From: Puniceicoccales bacterium | Lineage (GTDB): Bacteria > Verrucomicrobiota > Verrucomicrobiia > Opitutales > JAIRLG01 | DNA: 32,000 nt | NCBI GenBank assembly: GCA_031288595.1 | Contig: JAITRB010000004.1 | Span: 1-32,000, forward strand | Direction of reading: 5' to 3' | Shown here: in pieces, positions 1 through 8,317 of the stretch | Numbering within the stretch: position 1 is the first letter of the stretch | Layout: each line of letters opens with the position of its first letter | The notes under the pieces: generated by a model | Database searches by the model: none | Told to the model about the DNA's origin: nothing | Seen by the model: only the letters and a program-made list of their open reading frames with translations | Made by a program: the position numbers and the translations under genes

Positions 1-1
1 G

Positions 2-1333
2 AGAATAGCCAGCGAAAATCTGAAGAGACTGGGGATGGGAAAATGGCGGCAGTTGTGGGGCAATGTCTTCGAGGAACGGGTGGCGTATGAGCTACCCATG
101 TCGTCCCAGGAGAGCCTGAAGCGGGGCCGCCATCAGGGCCGGCGAATTCTCCACTCCAATCCGGAGGAATTTCTGGACTACTGGTTGCATCGGGCCATCG
201 ACGCGCGGGCATCCGATATCCACTTCGAATGCTTCAAAGAGCTGCTCGTCGTACGCTACCGTATCGATGGGGTATTGAAGAAGATCACCGATGTGCCCAA
301 TACTTTACACAGCGGCTTAGTGACGCGCATCAAGCTGCTCTCCTACCTGCGCCTGGACGAGCGGCGGGTGCCCCAGGACGGTCGTTTTGCCTTCGAGCAT
401 GCGGGACAATCCTTCGACTTCCGCGTCTCGGTGATCCCCAGCTACTGGGGTGAGAGCGTGGCGCTGCGCATCCTCGGACACGATGACAGGACCACGGATT
501 TGCAGTCCCTGGGTGCCTCAGAGGAACAGGCCATCGAGATCGACATGATGATGAATGCCTCCAACGGTATGATTCTGGTCGTGGGCCCCACCGGTTCCGG
601 CAAATCGACAACGCTGTATGCCGTGATCAAGAAGATCTCCTCGCCGGAACGAAAGGTGCTGACGGTGGAGGATCCGGTGGAGTACCAGATCGATGGGGTG
701 AACCAGATCGCCGTCAACGAGAGGGTGGGCATGACCTTTGCCCGGGCCCTGCGGGCGATGTTGCGCCAGGCACCCAATGTCATCCTCGTCGGAGAAATTC
801 GGGACAAGGAAACGGCGGAGATGACCATTCGGGCTGCCCTGACCGGTCACCTGGTTCTGTCGACAGTGCACGCGCGGGATACGACCAATGCGGTGACGCG
901 CCTGGTCGACCTCGGTATCCCCAGCTACCTCATCGCCGCTACGCTGCGGGGCATCCTCTCCCAGCGCCTGGTGCAGAAATTATGCCCCTCCTGCGCACGA
1001 CCGGTTCCCTGTGATGAGGCCTTTCTGAAACGTTCGGGTCATGAGGGCCCTTTGCCGACGGATACGGTAACTTACGAAGCCGTCGGTTGCGAGCACTGCC
1101 TGCAGACCGGCTACCGGGGACGCCTGGCTGCCTATGAGGTCCTGCCCATCGACGCCGGGTGGAGGGAAAGGATCCACAACTATGCGGATGAAGATGTGCT
1201 GAGGCAAAAATTCCTTCAGGAGGGCCGGAAATCGATGCGGGAATCCGCGATTCATCACTATCTGAAGGGCCACAGTGATCTGAATCAGGTTCGAGGCATT
1301 GTTGCCGAAGTAGGAGTCTATGCCTCGGCTTAG
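2..1333 (+). CDS. Type II secretion / type IV pilus assembly ATPase (GspE/PilB family), possibly 5' partial
   Basis: ORF track 35..1333. Walker A GPTGSGKSTT; ASDIHFE motif; C-terminal tetracysteine CPSC...CEHC typical of GspE/PilB. The frame has no stop back to nt 2, so the real start may lie upstream of the window. ATG at 35 is the first in-window Met. Confidence 0.85.
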   Translation, partial: RIASENLKRLGMGKWRQLWGNVFEERVAYELPMSSQESLKRGRHQGRRILHSNPEEFLDYWLHRAIDARASDIHFECFKELLVVRYRIDGVLKKITDVPNTLHSGLVTRIKLLSYLRLDERRVPQDGRFAFEHAGQSFDFRVSVIPSYWGESVALRILGHDDRTTDLQSLGASEEQAIEIDMMMNASNGMILVVGPTGSGKSTTLYAVIKKISSPERKVLTVEDPVEYQIDGVNQIAVNERVGMTFARALRAMLRQAPNVILVGEIRDKETAEMTIRAALTGHLVLSTVHARDTTNAVTRLVDLGIPSYLIAATLRGILSQRLVQKLCPSCARPVPCDEAFLKRSGHEGPLPTDTVTYEAVGCEHCLQTGYRGRLAAYEVLPIDAGWRERIHNYADEDVLRQKFLQEGRKSMRESAIHHYLKGHSDLNQVRGIVAEVGVYASA

Positions 1334-1392
1334 TTATTCCGGATGCTCCGGCTCAAGCTGGGCCCAGAGCGCACTCCGGTCCAATGGGTGCT

Positions 1393-1488
1393 CTCGCTGT
1401 CTTTGAATCCCTTCGGGATTGCCCGCGCAGCGGGCTACAAGAGGGGGACGAAAAATATTTTTCGTCCCCCTCTTGCAAAGACAGCGAG
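1393..1488 (+). repeat. Cloverleaf palindromic element copy R1 (closing stem plus 3 hairpins)
   Basis: 13-bp closing stem CTCGCTGTCTTTG / CAAAGACAGCGAG. H1 AATCCC-TTC-GGGATT (1406-1420); H2 GCCCGC-GCA-GCGGGC (1421-1435); H3 is a perfect 36-nt palindrome AAGAGGGGGACGAAAAATATTTTTCGTCCCCCTCTT (1439-1474). Lies between the GspE-like gene and comM. Confidence 0.9.
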
Positions 1489-1638
1489 GAAGCCTCCCAT
1501 GGACAAGAGCCTCCGCATTCCCTTTCCTCCTTTCACCTCTTCATTCCCCTCACCCTCAGGGGGAAATCTCGGGATGCCTGGAAAATCTTTCGCTTTTTTA
1601 TTGACGCGACCTGCTTCCATGCTGTAGCCTGCGGTCCC

Positions 1639-3186
1639 ATGTTGGCAGTGGTGAGTTCGGGTGCGCTGCGGGGCGTGGATGCCTTTCCGGTGGAAGTGGA
1701 GGTCAGCACGGGCGAGCGAGGCGAGCCGCGCCTGGTGCTGGTTGGCCTTCCGGACTCGGCGGTGAAAGAGTCCCAGAATCGCGTCTTCTCCGCCCTGATG
1801 ACGACCCAATTCACCGCTCCCCGAACGCACACGACGGTCAACCTCTCTCCCGGGGAGTTGCGGAAGGAGGGGGCGCTCTACGACTTGCCCATCGCCCTGG
1901 GCATTCTGCAGAGTACCCGTCAGACGGACTTCAATTCTCTATCCGACTACATTGTCGCCGGCGAGCTGAGCCTTTCGGGGCGTCTCCTGCCGATTCGGGG
2001 TAGCGTAGCCCTGGCTCTTCTGGCCAGAAAGCACAGAAAATCGCTTCTCCTGCCAAGAGCATCGGCGGAAGAGGCCGCGCTGGTGCGGGAGGTGAAGGTC
2101 TTCGCCGTCGATGATCTCTGCGATGCTGTGAACTTCCTCCACCGTCCGGAACGGGTTCCTACGACGGCCTCTTGGGCGGAGGATACGGAGCCGGTTTACG
2201 ACGTCGATTTTTCGGAAGTGCAGGGCCAGGATGCCCTGAAGCGGGCGATCGAAGTGGCGGTTTCCGGCGGACATAATCTGCTGATGCTGGGTTCACCCGG
2301 TTCCGGAAAGTCCATGCTGGCCCAGCGCATCCCGACAGTCATGCCGAAGTCCAGTTTCGAGGAATATCTGGAATGCCTGAACATCTACTCGGCATCGGGA
2401 ACGCTCATGGACGAGTACCAGCGCAGGTACCAGCGTCCCTTCCGCTCTCCACACCATACCCTGAGCGATGTGGGGCTATTAGGAGGTGGGAGGCTGCCAG
2501 GCCCGGGCGAGGTCTCTCTAGCCCACACAGGTGTCCTGTTTTTGGACGAGCTGCCGGAGTTTCGCCGCTCGACGCTGGAGGTTCTGCGCCAGCCGCTGGA
2601 GGATGGGAAGGTTTTGATCTCCCGAAGCGCGGGCAAGATCCAGCTGCCGGCCTCCTTCATGCTGGTGGCTGCCATGAATCCCTGTCCCTGTGGCTATCTC
2701 ATGGATCCACGACACGACTGCCATTGTACGCCGCTACAGATCCAGCGCTACCGCTCGAAGATCAGCGGGCCGCTCTTGGACCGCATCGATATCCACATGG
2801 ACGTCGTTGGGGTGAGCTCAGCGGAACTGAGAACTCAGAGGCCATTGGAATCCTCGGCCCAAATTCGCCGACGGGTCCAGCGGACGCGAGAGATCCAGCG
2901 GCAGCGATTCGCCGCCACCGGCCTATCGACCCCGGTCAATGCCCGTATGGGGATCAATCAGATCCGCGCCTATGCGCCGTTGGATCCGGAGTCGGAAAAG
3001 ATTCTCGCCATGGCCGCCGATCGCCTGGGCCTTTCGGCCCGGGCCTACTACCGCGTGATCAGGGTTTCGCGCACCCTCGCCGACATGGCTGAGATGCCCA
3101 ATATTTTGCCGGAACATATTTTGGAAGCGCTGCAGTACCGCTCACGGGAGGTGTTGCCTCCCTGTTTCACCAAGGTGGCCATCTGA
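1639..3186 (+). CDS. comM: Mg-chelatase-like AAA+ protein ComM/YifB
   Basis: Track ORF 1384..3186. Homology-like sequence starts at MLAVVSSGALRGVDAFPVEVEV (ATG 1639), the typical YifB N-terminus. Walker A GSPGSGKS, GVLFLDELPEF, and the C-terminal ARAYYRVIRVSRTLADM helix. The upstream extension reads through repeat R1. Confidence 0.9.
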   Translation: MLAVVSSGALRGVDAFPVEVEVSTGERGEPRLVLVGLPDSAVKESQNRVFSALMTTQFTAPRTHTTVNLSPGELRKEGALYDLPIALGILQSTRQTDFNSLSDYIVAGELSLSGRLLPIRGSVALALLARKHRKSLLLPRASAEEAALVREVKVFAVDDLCDAVNFLHRPERVPTTASWAEDTEPVYDVDFSEVQGQDALKRAIEVAVSGGHNLLMLGSPGSGKSMLAQRIPTVMPKSSFEEYLECLNIYSASGTLMDEYQRRYQRPFRSPHHTLSDVGLLGGGRLPGPGEVSLAHTGVLFLDELPEFRRSTLEVLRQPLEDGKVLISRSAGKIQLPASFMLVAAMNPCPCGYLMDPRHDCHCTPLQIQRYRSKISGPLLDRIDIHMDVVGVSSAELRTQRPLESSAQIRRRVQRTREIQRQRFAATGLSTPVNARMGINQIRAYAPLDPESEKILAMAADRLGLSARAYYRVIRVSRTLADMAEMPNILPEHILEALQYRSREVLPPCFTKVAI

Positions 3187-3275
3187 GGCCCATGAAAGCC
3201 ATGGGCATGGAGTGGAGCATGGCTTCCTTCGAGGATCACCGGTAGCACTGGATTCCGAGGGCCCCTGGGTGCTCG

Positions 3276-3378
3276 CTTCGCTGTCTTTGCGCGCCGCCCC
3301 CTTTTTTTAAGAAAAAAAGGAGGGCAGCGCGTGGCCCGCGGAGCGGGCCGATTCCTCTGGAATCCAAAGACAGCGAAG
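3276..3378 (-). repeat. Cloverleaf palindromic element copy R2 (inverted orientation)
   Basis: 14-bp closing stem CTTCGCTGTCTTTG / CAAAGACAGCGAAG. On the + strand the order is H3 (3290-3331, imperfect, T7/A7 core), H2 GGCCCGC-GGA-GCGGGCC (3333-3349), H1 GATTCC-TCT-GGAATC (3350-3364). Confidence 0.9.
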
Positions 3379-3485
3379 AGGACCAGCAGGACAGCAGCGA
3401 CTTCTTCCACAGGATCCCCTTTCCCCGAGAGCATTTTGAGCAAAAACCCTTGCGCCGGGGATATTTTTGAAAGAATCGCAGATCG

Positions 3486-5255
3486 ATGGTGGATATCTTC
3501 CATGTGGCTTCCTGGATCAGCGCCCGTCTGGGAGCGGCCTTCTCGCGCCTGGAGATCGAAGCGGCGGAAGAATCAGCCAGGGTGCAGCCGGCGGATCCCC
3601 GCTTCGGCGACTTTCAGGCCAATGGGCTACTGGTTCTGGCGAAGAAGAGAGAGCTCGCGCCACGTCCACTGGCGGAAAGGTTGTTACAGGTGCTGATGGC
3701 TGACGAGGCATGGCGCGAGGCCGGTATCGAAGCCTTTGTCTCCGGTCCGGGCTTCCTCACTTTCCGCCTTTCGGACGGCTTTCTCCTGCGCTGGCTGAAC
3801 ACCTACCGCGATGAGACCTCGCTCCAGCTCGGTGCCGGCCAGAGATTTCTGGGCAGGAAGATCGTCGTCGATTATTCCTCGCCTAACACGGCCAAGCAGA
3901 TGCACGTGGGGCACCTGCGCTCCATGATCATCGGCGAATCGATCCAGCGCCTACTGCGCTTCTGCGGAGCCGAAGTGATTCGGGACAACCATATCGGCGA
4001 CTGGGGAACGATTTTCGGCATTTTGATCCTGATGATCCGCAGGAATTCCCTCGATTGGGAGCGGAGTCCAACCGAGGTATTGGAAAGCCTGGAGGCGCTC
4101 TATCGGGAAGGGGTGGCCCGGACGAAAGGGGATGAGGCCTTCCTGGAGGAGGCTCGTCGGGAGCTCGTCCGCCTGCAGCGGGGCGAGCCGGAAAATGTGG
4201 CCCTGTGGAAGAGGATCAACGAGCTTTCCTACAGGGCTTTTCAGGAGATCTACGACGAGATGGATGTGCATTTCGACTATGTTCTGGGGGAATCCTTCTA
4301 CCGCGAGCAGGTCGACCGCGTCTGTCGGGAACTCGAAACCACTGGCCTGGCCGAAGTCAGCGACGGAGCACTGGTCGTCTGGCACAGGACCCATCCCCGT
4401 TTCGGCGAACAGCCCTTCCTGGTGCGCAAGAAGGACGGGGCCTCGAACTACGCGACGACGGACCTGGCCGCGCTGCTCTATCGGGTCGAGCATTTCCACG
4501 CGGACGAGATCATCTACGTGACCGATGGGCGCCAGCAGGACCATTTTCAGCAGCTCTTCCTCACGGCCGAGGTATGGTTTTCCAGGAAGAGCTACCCCTT
4601 GCCGGCCCTGAAACACGTCTGGTTCGGGACGATTCTGGGCGAGGATGGCAAGGCCATCCGGACGCGCTCCGGCGAATCGCTCCGCCTGCGCGAGCTGATG
4701 GAGGAAGGGAAGTCGCGGGCCTACGACATTGTCGCGGAGAAAAGCCCCTCCCTGACGGAAGAGGAAAAGAGGCAGATCGCGCGCACCGTCGGCCTAGGGG
4801 CGATTCGCTACGCCGACCTGTCCCAAAACCGCACGCACGATTACGTCTTTTCCTGGCCGAAGCTGCTGTCCTTCGACGGCAACACGGCACCCTATCTCCT
4901 CTATGCCCTGGCGAGAATCCGCTCGGTCTTTCGGAAATTACCCATTTCGGCGAGAGGGAAAATTGAGGCCATCCTCATCCCCTCGCTGGCAACAGCCGAG
5001 GAGCGCGCGCTGGCCAAAAAGCTCGTTTTCTTCCCCTATGCATTGGCACAGGCCATCGAGGATTTAAGGCCGCACTTCCTCTGCACCTATCTCTACGAGT
5101 TGTCCGGAGTGTTTTCCGCCTTCTACAAGGCGAATCGCGTCCTGGGAGAAGCGGAAGAGATCGAGAAGCGGCGCCTGGGCTTGTGCGCCCGAACGGCCCT
5201 GATCCTCGAGCAGGGGCTCCATCTGCTGGGCCTCGCGACCCTGGAGCAGATGTAG
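3486..5255 (+). CDS. argS: Arginine--tRNA ligase
   Basis: 589-aa ORF. Class I HIGH motif (SPNTAKQMHVGHLRS), an anticodon-binding C-terminal domain, and a terminal Met (..ATLEQM) as in ArgS proteins. Confidence 0.93.
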   Translation: MVDIFHVASWISARLGAAFSRLEIEAAEESARVQPADPRFGDFQANGLLVLAKKRELAPRPLAERLLQVLMADEAWREAGIEAFVSGPGFLTFRLSDGFLLRWLNTYRDETSLQLGAGQRFLGRKIVVDYSSPNTAKQMHVGHLRSMIIGESIQRLLRFCGAEVIRDNHIGDWGTIFGILILMIRRNSLDWERSPTEVLESLEALYREGVARTKGDEAFLEEARRELVRLQRGEPENVALWKRINELSYRAFQEIYDEMDVHFDYVLGESFYREQVDRVCRELETTGLAEVSDGALVVWHRTHPRFGEQPFLVRKKDGASNYATTDLAALLYRVEHFHADEIIYVTDGRQQDHFQQLFLTAEVWFSRKSYPLPALKHVWFGTILGEDGKAIRTRSGESLRLRELMEEGKSRAYDIVAEKSPSLTEEEKRQIARTVGLGAIRYADLSQNRTHDYVFSWPKLLSFDGNTAPYLLYALARIRSVFRKLPISARGKIEAILIPSLATAEERALAKKLVFFPYALAQAIEDLRPHFLCTYLYELSGVFSAFYKANRVLGEAEEIEKRRLGLCARTALILEQGLHLLGLATLEQM

Positions 5256-5317
5256 AGAACTGGCATGAAAGGCAGAAATCTCCCGAAGAGAATTCCTGCA
5301 AGAGGGCAGTGGAAATA

Positions 5318-6244
5318 ATGGGAATTCTGGCCTTACCGGAGGCGGTGGAGAGATTTTTAGGCTTTCTGACCCTGGAAAAGGGCGCATCAGAACATACGCT
5401 GTCAGCCTACCAGTCAGACCTCAAGCAGTGGGAGCAATCCGTTCTGGACAGGCACCCGGAGGCGAAGAGAGACGTGTCGGTCATCGGCATTGAAGACATT
5501 CAGCCCTGGCTCATCTCCCTCCATAACTCCGCCTATCGGCCGAAATCCATCGCGAGAAAAATCGCGGCCCTGCGCTCGTTTTTCAAGTATCTAGCCCAGA
5601 GAGACGAGATTCAGAAGAACCCCATGGAGGAGATCCACTTGCCCCAAACCGGCCGTTCTCTGCCGGATGTGCTGACGCCTGGGGAGATGGAGCGCTTGCT
5701 CCAGGCGCCTCCACGCGAGCTCCCCCAGGGCCTCAGGGATCGAGCCATGCTGGAATTGGCCTACGGCAGCGGCCTGCGGGTATCGGAACTGTGCAAGCTG
5801 CCGCTACAGGCACTGGACCTGGAAAACAGCTTTGTTCGGGTCTACGGCAAGGGGAGCAAGGAACGCATCGTGCCCATCGGCCGCTGCGCGCTGGCGGCGT
5901 TGAAGGAATACCTCGAACATGGTCGTCCGGTCCTGGTCTCGCGGAAAACGGACAGCTCCGTCTTTCTCAGCCGACGGGGATCTGCCCTGTCGCGGAAGAG
6001 CTTTTGGTCCTGTGTCCAAAACTACGCCAAATCCCTCGGCTTACGCTCGCCGGTAAACCCGCATACGCTGCGCCACTCGTTTGCGACTCATCTGCTGGAA
6101 AATGGGGCCGATCTGCGCTTTATCCAGGAGATGCTGGGGCACAAGGACATTTCGACGACGCAGATCTATACCCATGTCGGGACCAGGCGACTTCGGGAAC
6201 AGTACGAAAAGTTTCATCCCCACTCCAGCCGAGCAGCATCCTGA
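5318..6244 (+). CDS. xerD: Site-specific tyrosine recombinase XerD
   Basis: Track ORF 5183..6244. The conserved part starts at MGILALPEAVERFLGFLTLEKGASEHTLSAYQSDL (ATG 5318). RDRAMLELAYGSGLRVSEL, GKGSKERIVP, and HTLRHSFATHLLENGADLRFIQEMLGHKDISTTQIYTHV with the catalytic Tyr. Closely XerD-like in both the N- and C-terminal blocks. Confidence 0.88.
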   Translation: MGILALPEAVERFLGFLTLEKGASEHTLSAYQSDLKQWEQSVLDRHPEAKRDVSVIGIEDIQPWLISLHNSAYRPKSIARKIAALRSFFKYLAQRDEIQKNPMEEIHLPQTGRSLPDVLTPGEMERLLQAPPRELPQGLRDRAMLELAYGSGLRVSELCKLPLQALDLENSFVRVYGKGSKERIVPIGRCALAALKEYLEHGRPVLVSRKTDSSVFLSRRGSALSRKSFWSCVQNYAKSLGLRSPVNPHTLRHSFATHLLENGADLRFIQEMLGHKDISTTQIYTHVGTRRLREQYEKFHPHSSRAAS

Positions 6245-6341
6245 AACCTCCCCGGCTCTCCCCCCGAAGGGTTTGCGGTTCTGCCGAGACCCTACAATCC
6301 TCCCCAACGCTCTTCGAGAGACTGAGCCTGAGGAGATTTTT

Positions 6342-6415
6342 TGGTGCGGGCAGAGGGATTCGAACCCTCGATTCAAGCTTGGGAAGCTCGCGTATTGCCC
6401 CTATACTATGCCCGC
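6342..6415 (-). tRNA. tRNA-Gly (anticodon CCC)
   Basis: The minus strand reads GCGGGCA-TA-GTAT-AGGGGCA-ATAC-G-CGAGC-TTCCCAA-GCTTG-AATC-GAGGG-TTCGAAT-CCCTC-TGCCCGC-A-CCA. This is a full 74-nt cloverleaf with a T-loop TTCGAAT and an encoded CCA. Confidence 0.93.
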
Positions 6416-6540
6416 CATTGGGAGAAGAGGACAGCCAATGCGGGAGGGAAATCAACGGAAAAGTTTTCGGGATAAAGGAGAAAAGTCGCTCGGAAGAAAA
6501 ATCTTTCCATGGGCCTTCGCAATGCTTCACTGACCCCGCC

Positions 6541-7014
6541 ATGGATGGTTTTATACTCGTACCGGACTTGGCCCAGAAGGCGGTAGTCATCGACTGGCCA
6601 CTGTCCCGCGTTCTTCTACAGTCTTCCCGAGACTTCCCCTGGATTCTGCTCGTTCCGCGGCTACCAGGCATTTCCCAAATCCACGAACTGGCCGAAAAGG
6701 AGCAGGGACAACTGGTGCGGGAAATTTCGTCAGCGAGCCGCTTGATGCTCACGCATTTTCCCTGCGACCGCGTCAATGTGGCTGCCATGGGCAACAAGGT
6801 AGCGCAACTGCATGTCCATATCGTCTGCCGTGACCAGGAAGATCCGTATTGGCCAGAAGTTATCTGGCACCAAGCGTATATCCCGCTGGAGGCGGAGGCT
6901 CTGGAGCAGCGCCGCCAAGAGCTATCGGCTCTCTTCCGCCTCGAGAATTGGAAAAAATCCACTCAGGCTGAATGTGGAGATCCTGTCTTCGCTGGCTTTC
7001 CAGGGCCCCAATGA
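6541..7014 (+). CDS. HIT-family nucleotide hydrolase/transferase
   Basis: Last 157 aa of track ORF 5791..7014, starting at ATG 6541 (MDGFILVPDL..). Histidine triad QLHVHIV followed by DPYWPEVIW. The final 8 codons plus the stop lie inside repeat R6. Confidence 0.8.
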   Translation: MDGFILVPDLAQKAVVIDWPLSRVLLQSSRDFPWILLVPRLPGISQIHELAEKEQGQLVREISSASRLMLTHFPCDRVNVAAMGNKVAQLHVHIVCRDQEDPYWPEVIWHQAYIPLEAEALEQRRQELSALFRLENWKKSTQAECGDPVFAGFPGPQ

Positions 7015-7083
7015 TAGAAAATCATTGGGACCCTGGGGCCCGCTGCGCGGGCCCGATTTCTTCGAAATCGAAAGCCGGCGAAG
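6987..7083 (-). repeat. Cloverleaf palindromic element copy R6 (inverted orientation; overlaps the HIT 3' end)
   Basis: 13-bp closing stem CTTCGCTGGCTTT / AAAGCCGGCGAAG (one G:T). H3 CAGGGCCCCAATGAT-AGAAA-ATCATTGGGACCCTG (7001-7035, one C:A); H2 GGGCCCGC-TGC-GCGGGCCC (7036-7054); H1 GATTTC-TTC-GAAATC (7055-7069). Confidence 0.9.
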
Positions 7084-7194
7084 AAACAAAACGTTTCCAA
7101 TCCTCAAACCCATCCCCAGCGCTCGCATCGGGAAATGCGACTCCAAGACGAGCGGAGAAATGCCCGAGGGAAATTTCTCCTATCCAGAATTGAG

Positions 7195-7593
7195 ATGAGA
7201 CCGAAACCGGGCAAGATGAGGCTGAAGTCGAAATGCCATTGGGCCCATGCAGGCTGCATGAAGCTCATCCAGATTTACCGTGAGCACCTTTCCCCTCTGA
7301 AGAAGCTTTGCCTGGGTGCCCAAGCAGCCTGCCGCTTCCATCCGACCTGTTCGGCCTACGCCTTGGAAGCCCTTCGAACCTATTCCCTTCCACGGGCCCT
7401 GGGCTTAAGCCTCAGACGCCTCCTGCGCTGCCATCCCTGGAGTCGATCGAAGATCCACGACCCAGTCCCTCTGCCCAGAAACGGAGCCCGATGCCCAGAA
7501 TTCCCAAGCCAAGGCTCAGCACTTGTCCACGGGAAAAGGGCCCCCAAAGCGGAGCATCCGGCTCGCGAAAAATTTCCACAAAAATCCTCATGA
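7195..7593 (+). CDS. yidD: Membrane protein insertion efficiency factor YidD
   Basis: LIQIYREHLSPL...CRFHPTCSAYALEAL...LRRLLRCHPWS..HDPVP is the YidD signature. The start is uncertain (ATG at 7195, 7216 or 7258). An unusually long non-conserved C-terminal tail runs to the stop at 7591-7593. Confidence 0.75.
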   Translation: MRPKPGKMRLKSKCHWAHAGCMKLIQIYREHLSPLKKLCLGAQAACRFHPTCSAYALEALRTYSLPRALGLSLRRLLRCHPWSRSKIHDPVPLPRNGARCPEFPSQGSALVHGKRAPKAEHPAREKFPQKSS

Positions 7594-8317
7594 GGGCATA
7601 GAGATAGAGGAAATCGGCCGTTAGATAGCCCTGGGGACGGGCGGGATATTTCCAGAATTTTCTCTGGAGAAGGAGCAGCAGCAGTCCTCCCTCCAAAAGT
7701 GCCTCGTAGAGCTGGGAAGGATGCCGCGGCGGGATGGCGGCGATGGGAGTGCAAGAAGCAACGGACTGCGGGAAACGGATGGCCCAAGGCACACTCGTGA
7801 TTTTCCCCCACAGCTCTCCGTTGATGAAGTTGGCGATGCGGCCGAAAAAAATCCCCAGCGGCGCGATGGCACAGACCTCATCCGTCAGAGGAAGAAAGGG
7901 AAAATCTTTCTTTTTGGCCAGAATAGCGAGGGCCAGTCCAGCGCCGATGACCGCTCCATGGAAGGACATCCCACCGTTCCAAAATTGGAAAATCCAAAGG
8001 GGATCCTGTTTGCAGAAGGTGAAGTCGTAGAAAAAAGCATAGCCCATCCGTCCGCCGATGAGAATTCCCAGGGCGAGGGCCATGAGCAGGGATTCCCTTT
8101 CTCTGCCTGATAGGGAAAGACGTCCCTGGCGGGCACAGAGGAGAGAGAAGAGATGGGCCGCGAGAAAGCCGAGGACATAGGCAAAGCCGTACCAGCGAAT
8201 GCCCTCTATAAAGCAGGGGAAGGGAAAGCGGAGGACGAAGGGGTCGATCCGGTGCACCCAATAGGCGAGACATTTGAGGGAGATCCCTAGCGAAAAGGGG
8301 AAAATCCAGCCACTCAT
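7412..8317 (-). CDS. lgt: Phosphatidylglycerol--prolipoprotein diacylglyceryl transferase
   Basis: 301-aa polytopic ORF with Lgt blocks (IRWYGFAYVLGFL, GGRMGY, WNGGMSFHGAVIG, GRIANFINGELWGK). The start overlaps the dapA stop as ATGA (8314-8317). Confidence 0.9.
   Translation of the reverse strand: MSGWIFPFSLGISLKCLAYWVHRIDPFVLRFPFPCFIEGIRWYGFAYVLGFLAAHLFSLLCARQGRLSLSGRERESLLMALALGILIGGRMGYAFFYDFTFCKQDPLWIFQFWNGGMSFHGAVIGAGLALAILAKKKDFPFLPLTDEVCAIAPLGIFFGRIANFINGELWGKITSVPWAIRFPQSVASCTPIAAIPPRHPSQLYEALLEGGLLLLLLQRKFWKYPARPQGYLTADFLYLYALMRIFVEIFREPDAPLWGPFSRGQVLSLGLGILGIGLRFWAEGLGRGSSIDSRDGSAGGV

Noticed and set aside
1384-1638. Long N-terminal extensions offered by the ORF track for comM (1384), xerD (5183), recA (9192), recD2 (15497), miaA (13312), nusA (28075) and the LysM gene (20056)
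   Set aside because: In each case the family-conserved N-terminus begins at an internal ATG. The extension is low-complexity and, for comM, recA and recD2, runs through a cloverleaf repeat.
5318-6415. xerD next to tRNA-Gly as the edge of an integrative element or genomic island
   Set aside because: The recombinase matches housekeeping XerD block by block rather than a phage-type integrase. Both flanks are core genes (argS, HIT, yidD, lgt). I found no second copy of the tRNA-Gly 3' end in the window that could serve as an attR.
6120-6962. 280-aa minus-strand ORF antisense to the HIT gene and the tRNA-Gly region
   Set aside because: It is a shadow ORF antisense to a well-supported CDS. It has a Ser/Arg/Trp/Cys-rich composition and no recognisable motifs.
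5791-7014. 407-aa + strand ORF spanning the xerD 3' part, the tRNA-Gly locus and the HIT gene
   Set aside because: It is out of frame with xerD, crosses a tRNA gene, and is Arg/Gly/Pro-rich until residue 250 or so. Only the last 157 aa (6541-7014) have HIT-family sequence. The rest is an upstream extension created by the lack of stops in GC-rich DNA.
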